Below are positions 54,242 through 64,000 of a stretch of DNA of 64,000 nt, piece by piece (the first letter of the stretch is position 1; each line of letters begins with the position of its first letter). The position numbers and the translations under genes were made by a program. The stretch is from the NCBI GenBank assembly GCA_951406725.2, contig OX597826.1, positions 11,780,001 through 11,844,000 on the forward strand, read 5' to 3'. This DNA comes from Octopus vulgaris (taxonomy: Eukaryota). The notes beneath the pieces are model-generated. The model was not told where the DNA came from. It saw only the letters and a program-made list of their open reading frames with translations, and searched no databases.

Positions 54242-55395
54242 TATATACATACATACACGGATACGGATACACAGAAAACCACAGGAGCACATATAACTCA
54301 AATGAACTCAGATGATAATAATAAAATACCTTAACGTGAAAGCAATAAGAAAACTATCAGCTTTCCAATGTTATCTCATTGGAAAAAAGTAAAAGAAAAA
54401 AAAATTATAAAACCACCAACATCCAACTGTTACAATAGCATCAATAATAAGAACAAAACCAATCCGTCTGACTTCTAATATTAGTTCTCTTGGAACGGGT
54501 ACAAATGGTCTATATTTTTAGGATATGGCAAGTGGACAGCAGTAATGCCCGTGTTGTTTTAATAGCATTAACAGCTGTCGTAACTGAAAGGAAACTAGCT
54601 ACAAACGAACAGTGAAATCGGAAGCAGGTAGCCAGAAGTATATTTTTTTGATTTGGTATTATATATGGGATTGTGATACGTACGCATACCATGTGCAAAC
54701 GTACGTATATAAACGTACATACACGCGTGCACGCACAAACACACATGCAACAATTGATATGCTTATATGTGGTGGCGAGCTGGCAGAAACGTTAGCACGC
54801 TGGGCGAAATGCGTAGCCGTATTTCGTCTGCCGTTACGTTCTGAGTTCAAATTCCGCCGAGGTCGACTTTGCCTTTCATCCTTTCGGGGTCGATAAATTA
54901 AGTACCGGTAACGCACTGGGGTCGATGTAATCGACTTAATTCGTTTGTCTGTCCTTGTTTGTCCCCTCTGTGTATAGCCCCTTGTGGGTAAAAAAGAAAC
55001 ATATATGTGGTGTGTGTATGTGTGTGTTTGTGTGTGTGTGTTACTGAGTGTTAGATTTCATTCGTCATCCGATTTAACACCCCCATATGGTCCACGTGTA
55101 TGTTTAGCGGAGATCATTCCGGCCAGGATAACGTACTCTCTTCGTTCACGCAGTCTCGGAGGTGTGTTGGCTAAAATATATTCGTGTATCGTCACATTTA
55201 ACACATTCGGTTGTATTAGGGCGTGATAAGCCCTTTCGCTGCGGAAATAGTTGTGAGATATCAGTGCATGGGTGAAACTGTTGCCGTTAATATTCTGTAT
55301 AAACTATTCGTAGTCAACATCTTCAGGGCAAGAGAAGAACAGAGTAGAACGTTGTGAGTGTTCTCTAAGGACGCGTCTCACGTTGCTGGGTAGCG

Positions 55396-55435
<40 letters not shown>

Positions 55436-55901
55436 AGAGAGAGAGAAAGAGAGAGTCAAACCATTTCTTGGGTAGAACGGGGAAAAACGAAGTTGTCCTC
55501 TGCTGTAAAGTATAATCAGAAGATATTTATTGTAAGGTACTACTCCGAAATTGTGATGGTACTGGCAGAATCGTTAGCACGCTGGACGGAATGTTTAGCG
55601 GTATTTCGTCTGCCGCTACGTTCTGAGTTCAAATTCCGCCGAGATCGACTTTGCCTTTCATCCTTTCGGGGTCGATTAAATAAGTACCAGTTACGCACTG
55701 GGGTCGATATAACCAACTTAATGCGTTTGTCCCCTCTGTGTTTAGCCCCTTGTGGGTAGTAAAGAAATAGGTAATGGGTCGACGATTAATGTGTTTGTGT
55801 TTATTTCTTTCTTTCGCTCTTCTTGAAGAATATTTTTGTTATCTCTCACTGCGACAATTCCATTACATATATATGTGCATGAATGTATAGCATATAAGTG
55901 A

Positions 55902-55978
<77 letters not shown>

Positions 55979-56240
55979 GTGTGTGTGTGTGTGTGCGTTT
56001 GTGTACGTATTTATGTATATACGAAGGGGTGATGAAAACTTTCTAACTTTAAGGGTATCGCGAAAGGACTGATTATAGGCCCAACCTTCCCAGTTCTTTT
56101 ACAGCGCTTAGAAAATCAGAAGGACCGCTGCAATAAGTGTGTGAATCCGAGGAAGCGGAATATGTTGAATAAAATCATAATTAATTGATTCTTCTGTATT
56201 TTCTTTTACTCAAAGCCAGGAACTTTTCAGCACCTACCAC

Positions 56241-56305
<65 letters not shown>

Positions 56306-56510
56306 TATATAGGGAGAGTTTACGAAAAAAAAAAAGACGAAGACAAGTGGTGTAGAAAACAAACAGATGTATTAGTATAACGCTCAGGAATTGGAAAAGT
56401 CTTTTACGTTTCGAGCCTACGCTCTTCTACAGAAAGGAACACAGAAAGAAACAAGGAGAGAAAAACAATGTGTGTAGTGGCTACCGATCATATATATATA
56501 TATTTATATA

Positions 56511-56562
<52 letters not shown>

Positions 56563-56574
56563 AACATGCACACA

Positions 56575-56619
<45 letters not shown>

Positions 56620-56684
56620 GTAACGACTATTTGCTTTTTGCAGCGTTAATTATAGAAATTTGCTTTCGTCTTTGCATGAGTTAC

Positions 56685-56807
56685 CTGTTCGTTCTGGTGG
56701 ACATAAACATGTATAATAATTAACACCATCTATGCAGGTAGCAGAACTGTGACATCTACTGCTCGAGCAATCATCTTGATTCACGTGACAATTCTCTCCT
56801 GTCCAAC
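56685..56807 (-). CDS. End of DSL + calcium-binding-type EGF repeat exon (GWTGENCHVNQDDCSSSRCHSSATCIDGVNYYTCLCPPERTG)
   Basis: Polypyrimidine tract + tag|, |gtaac, phase 1-1. Completes the DSL (GWxGxxC). EGF Cys spacing with the C-x-D-x4-Y-x-C-x-C hydroxylation consensus. Confidence 0.9.
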
Positions 56808-57575
56808 CTAGATAGAAAGAGAAAGAAGAAAAAAAACAAAACAGAAAGCGGAGAGACAAAAAGAAGAAGAAAAAAGAAGCAAACCGAAAAATATCTACAA
56901 GAAAAAGTTAAGAGTTCGAATATATACTCTTTACTCTTTTACTCTTTTACTTGTTTCAGTCATTTGACTGTGGCCATGCTGGAGCACCGCCTTTAGTCGA
57001 GCAAATCGACCCCGGGACTTATTCTTTGTAAGCCTAGTACTTATTCTATCTGTCTCTTTTGCCGAACCGCTAAGTGACGGGGACGTAAACACACCAGCAT
57101 CGGTTGTCAAGCAATGATAGGGGTACAAACACAGACACACATACACATACATATACATATATATACGACAGGCTTCTTTCAGTTTCCGTCTACCAAATCC
57201 ACTCACAAGGCATTGGTCGGCCCGGGGCTATAGCAGAAGACACTTGCCCAAGATGCCCACGCAGTGGGACTGAACCCGGAACCATGTGGTTGGTTAGCAA
57301 GCTACTTACCACACAGCCACTCCTGCGCCTATATGATACAGTTAACAATGTGAAATAATTTAAAATTCGTATCACGAGACAACTAATGATACTTCGGTTT
57401 CTTTGCGTTTTTCTTTTTTGTTATTGTCTTATGTTGGTGTTATTTTCGTAAAATTTTACGTCTGAACATTTTATGATGTAGGGCATTCGAAACCATTAAA
57501 AAATGCTCACACATAACGAATGATTTTTACACATGCATTTATATATGTATGTAGGTATTTCTGTGTATTTGCAGG

Positions 57576-57631
<56 letters not shown>

Positions 57632-57871
57632 CATACATAGATGTATGTATTTGCGTGTATTCTTGCGTGTGTGTGTGTGTGTGAGAGAGTGAGTGCATTT
57701 GAACATTTGACTATTGAAGAAAAGCGTGATAATCAGTGATATGTAGGTTATTCATCGTTTCTATGCGTTTCGTGAGTGTCGCTAAAACGTGACAATAAAA
57801 CTTGCAAAAACAAAAAAGAAAAGATTCAGAGAATAACCTCCTTACTATAATAAGTATATATACATACATAC

Positions 57872-57978
<107 letters not shown>

Positions 57979-58292
57979 CGTGTGGAGGCGCAAGCAATAT
58001 CCCAGTGGTTAGGGCAGCGGACTCACGGTCGTAGGATCGCGGTTTCGATTCCCAGACCGGGCGTTGTGAGTGTTTATTGAGCGAAAACACCATAAGCTCC
58101 AAGAGGCTCCGGCAGGGGGTGGTGGCGATCCCTGCTGTACTCTTTCGTCACAACTTTCTCTCACTCTTCTGTTGGCCTGCTCGCTTAGCCAGTGGGGTGG
58201 CGTCATTTGGAGGCTAAAACAATGCGAAGCGCATTGTGACCAGCGATGTGTAGCAACATCTGATAGCCTGGTCGGTCACGGGGATCACGGTG

Positions 58293-58324
<32 letters not shown>

Positions 58325-58549
58325 GGGGCGTAAGAGTGGCCGTGTGGTAAGTTGCTTGCTTACGAACCACATGGTTCCGGGTTCAGTGTCTTCTACTATA
58401 GCCCCGGGCCAACCAAAGCCTTATGAGTAGACTTGGTAGGCGGAAACTGAAAGAAACCTGTCATATATATGTATGTATGTGTGTGCGTGCGTAAAAGAGT
58501 AAAATTGTATATATACGTGCGCATACAAACACAAACACACGCACATGCA

Positions 58550-58620
<71 letters not shown>

Positions 58621-58667
58621 ATATATATATATATATAATTTTTCTAAATTTAATTATTTAATCGTTA

Positions 58668-58705
58668 CAGTTGAAAAGGTCTCAAAACGACCGAAACCGG
58701 TACTG
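58668..58705 (+). ncRNA. Minimal hammerhead motif, U3-A8 core variant
   Basis: cag-TTGAAAA-ggtc(tcaaaac)gacc-GAAA-ccgg-TA-ctg. Confidence 0.65.
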
Positions 58706-58796
58706 AAAGATTCACTATAAAATTATTTTAGCATTTTCTATTTTTGACTTGTTTTTTCATATATATCAACTCGTGTGTTCCTTTCCACCCTTATAC

Positions 58797-58873
<77 letters not shown>

Positions 58874-59982
58874 CATGTGCGCGCACATACCTATGGAATA
58901 TAAAAAGAAAAACAATCAGAGCAAAGTACTAACTATAAGGGAAGAAACAATTGTTTAAAAGATATACTCCGATTCTGTATCATAAGATGCAGCCCGACGA
59001 ACTAGCCAACTTTTTTCGACACTAAACTGGCCAAATTGATGTTAGTCTTGCCAGATGCACCCAAGCACCAGTTGGTGTCGGTAAATCAAGAGATGATTTT
59101 TCACCTCTTTTACAAGTCCGGGCAAGGCTGTTTATGGAAGGCCAGCAGACACCCATGTATACCGGCCTCCCTTCTCCACACCACTGATGTTATCCGAGGG
59201 AAAGGCCGATACGGCTTGGCACCAGTGACGTCGCAACTCATTTCTACAGCTGAGTGAACTGGAGCAACGTGAAATAAAGTGTCTTGCTCAAGAACCCAAC
59301 ACGCAGCCCGCACCGGGATTCGAACTCACAACCTCACGATCGTAAGCTCGACGCTCTGACCACTGAGCCATGCGCCTTCACGGTACGACAAACAGGCATC
59401 AGTAAAATAGGTGCTGGGATCGATGCAATGAAGTATATCGCTGATGGCAGTGTTCCAGCATGGTCGCAGTTCAGCGAATGAAGCCAGCAAATGACTAAGA
59501 AAACGTAGGAGACAAAATTTGTTTTCATATGCATTACTAACCATTATAGGCACTAAATCTGAAAGAGAACGCATTGTTCTGCGGCTTTGTGTGGCGATGG
59601 GCTTTCGTGGCTTTCAGTTTTTCGTTCGACTGCTTATGAGTTATTGTATAATCGATATATTTATATGTATTACTGTAGAGTATACAAAATGCAGCACAAA
59701 AACTTTCGCTTTTAGTAAATTCGGTAGCTCCTTGAAAATATAACATAACTTGCTAAAGACAGAACATTTCTTTCTATTTTGCTTATCAATCAATCATGTA
59801 TAAAAAAATTCGGACTTCGTAACTTATGATTTACAAGAGAAGAATTCTCATGCATTCAACCAAGCAATCAAACAGTATAAAAACAGGGGCGGTTTTTTTT
59901 TTTTTTTGAATAGATGTATATTTTAGACGGGTGGGGATAATGATGGTGGTTGTGCACAGAAACTGTGTATAATATTATTTAC

Positions 59983-60119
59983 CAGTATAGCATTTTTTGC
60001 GGCCGGTATTTTTGTCACATTTATAATGGCCCTTCTCAGAATTTGTCGGAATACAATATGTTTTACAAGTGCTCCCATAATAGTTCTGATTGCAATACAT
60101 CTTTAGCTGAAGAAACATA
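59983..60119 (-). CDS. DSL (Delta/Serrate/LAG-2) domain exon (MFLQLKMYCNQNYYGSTCKTYCIPTNSEKGHYKCDKNTGRKKCYTG)
   Basis: ttttgcag| acceptor, |gtaaat donor. Pattern C-x3-YYG-x2-C-x3-C-x-P...GHY-x-C...G-x3-C-x2-G is diagnostic of the DSL domain. Confidence 0.88.
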
Positions 60120-60171
60120 CTGCAAAATAAAAAAATATATATATACATATATATATGTGTGCGTGTGTGTA

Positions 60172-60204
<33 letters not shown>

Positions 60205-60307
60205 GTATATGTATATATATATGTACATGTATATATATATATGTATGCATGTATGTATGTATGTATGTATGTATGTATGTATGTATGTATGTATGTATGT
60301 ATGTATG

Positions 60308-60389
<82 letters not shown>

Positions 60390-60390
60390 C

Positions 60391-60428
<38 letters not shown>

Positions 60429-61519
60429 AATCAGGAGGTAAAAAACAAGCATTCACTGCAATTTTATTACGCATATTTTTTTTTTACTCCATTGTACATC
60501 CATACAAAAATTTCTTAATTATCCTAGATTTTTTTTTTCACTCGTCAAAAGCTAAATCAATTACGAACATCTAACACACAAAAATAAAGACTATAAAAGT
60601 ATAACAATATAAAAATAAATTCCCTTTATTTTTCTCTTCTTTTCTTTGAACACTTAAGAAAGTGTCACTGCAGCGTTTCGAACTCACCCACAATTCCCCT
60701 CGAATCAGATTCTTGTCACTTAAGTAGAATCATAGAAAACAAAAAAATATAATACGTTGGCTCCATAATTTCAAGTGCTGCTTAGCTCCTTAATACCATT
60801 TTGACTCGCAAAGTGTTAAAGCTAAATTGTGTGTCAACATTCACAGGTTGCCCAATTAACAATAAGCTCCAATAATGGTTAGAGAAAACCAGTGATATCT
60901 GAATCGCGTTCTATATCTTCACACACTTCCATTTTCTTTTTCGTTTTCAACATCACACTCTTTCACTCCTTGTTATTTCACAACCGCTTTCCCACTCGCA
61001 CATGCTTTTACTTCTTCATCCCCTGCCAATCCTTTACAATTCAAAAACAAATCATCAATTGAAGTACACCGTAGTAATGGCCCAGTGGTCATAGGATCGC
61101 GGTTTCGATTCCCAGACCGGGCGTTGTGAGTGTTTATTGAGCGAAAACACCTAAAAAGCTCCACGAGGCTCCGGCAGGGGGTGGTGGTGATCCCTGCTGT
61201 ACTCTTTCACCACAATTTTCTCTCACTCTTACTTCCTGTTTCTGTTGTACCTGTATTTCAAGGGGCCGGCCTTGTCACTCTCTATGTCACGCTGAATATC
61301 CCCGAGAACTACGTTAAGGGTACACGTGTTTGTGGAGTGCTCAGCCACTTACACGTTAATTTCACGAGCAGGCTGTTCCGTTGATTCGGATCAACCAGAA
61401 CCCTCATCGTCGTAACCGACGGAGTGCTTCCAGTCCCAGTAACAAAATATATTCTAACTCACCCTATCAAAGTTATAAAGCCATTAAAATCTATTTTCTG
61501 TTATGTCAGACAAATGACA

Positions 61520-61678
61520 TTCATTTTTTATGTTACGGTTGATCATGGTCAGAGGATAAGACTTATAAAAGTTTTAAATGCTAATAAGAGGAATGAGAAT
61601 TTATTATTACTTTTACATATTATTCCTTTATTGATATTTATTTTAAATGTTGGGTATATTAGGGGAATTGATTTTTAA
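61520..61678 (+). pseudogene. ND4: NUMT: 3' end of mitochondrial nad4
   Basis: In the invertebrate mitochondrial code it reads FYVTVDHGQSMSLMKVLNANKSNENLLLLLHIIPLLMFILNVGYISGIDF*, with the ND4 C-terminal HG and E-x-LL-x2-LH-x2-P motifs. Confidence 0.8.
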
Positions 61679-61684
61679 TTATTT

Positions 61685-61748
61685 GTAAAATTAGTCTATA
61701 GAAAAATACTAGGTTGTGGGCTTAGAGAAAAAGTTAATTTATTTTACT
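61685..61748 (+). tRNA. trnH: NUMT: mitochondrial tRNA-His(GTG) copy, presumably a pseudogene
   Basis: Acceptor stem gtaaaat/attttac, anticodon arm ctagg-ttGTGgg-cttag; lies between nad4 and nad5. Confidence 0.82.
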
Positions 61749-61910
61749 ATGGGTAAATTAAAATTAGAATTTTTTTTTAGTATTATGTTAATGTCAGTTT
61801 CTTTTGTTTTTATAATGATATTTATATATTTGATTTTAAATAAATATTGTTGTATTATTTCACAGGAAATTTTTAATGTTATAAGGTTATTTGTTGAATT
61901 AGATATTGTT
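61749..61910 (+). pseudogene. ND5: NUMT: 5' end of mitochondrial nad5
   Basis: ATG immediately follows trnH; hydrophobic N-terminus MGKLKLEFFFSIMLMSVSFVF...; nad4-trnH-nad5 is the common invertebrate gene order. Confidence 0.72.
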
Positions 61911-61929
61911 GAATCTAATACATTTTATT

Positions 61930-64000
<2,071 letters not shown>

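Noticed and set aside
53727-54334. Many YI/HT/CV/MYVC-repeat ORFs (also ~18300, 35560, 51020, 57800, 60100)
   Set aside because: Translations of (TA)n, (CA)n and (TACA)n microsatellites.
55220-55285. Hammerhead-like arrangement ggc-GTGATAA-gccc...gggt-GAAA-ctgtt-gcc
   Set aside because: Core positions 3 and 8 are non-complementary and stem III is not palindromic; too degenerate to call.
60600-61070. Search for the upstream (C2/MNNL or signal peptide) exon of the DSL gene
   Set aside because: No frame with convincing splice sites or motif similarity found; the exon probably lies beyond the window.

Overview
AT-rich, repeat-dense animal genomic DNA. It is most likely octopus, inferred from the SINE types, the microsatellite load and a nad4-trnH-nad5 mitochondrial insertion. 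Two convergent intron-containing genes are present. (1) On the + strand are the last 8 coding exons (197-~21367) of an HSD17B12-type very-long-chain 3-oxoacyl-CoA reductase (SDR family). (2) On the - strand is a 5'-incomplete gene whose DSL exon (60119-59983) and EGF exon (56807-56685) splice in phase into one 6.1-kb terminal exon (48186-42077). That exon encodes a mucin-like region with ~389-aa repeats and a basic, Tyr/Asn-rich tail with no obvious transmembrane helix. The rest is mobile DNA: several tRNA-derived SINE families, RTE, R4/Dong-like and CR1/Jockey-like LINE remnants, piggyBac/mariner/hAT/Helitron non-autonomous elements, a ~3.5-kb satellite made from a 166-bp SINE unit, and a NUMT. 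The least obvious signal is about ten minimal type-I hammerhead-ribozyme-like motifs with palindromic stem III (Penelope-type), some sitting in long fold-back hairpins. Coordinates were counted by eye. Exon boundaries were checked for GT-AG and phase; repeat boundaries are approximate.
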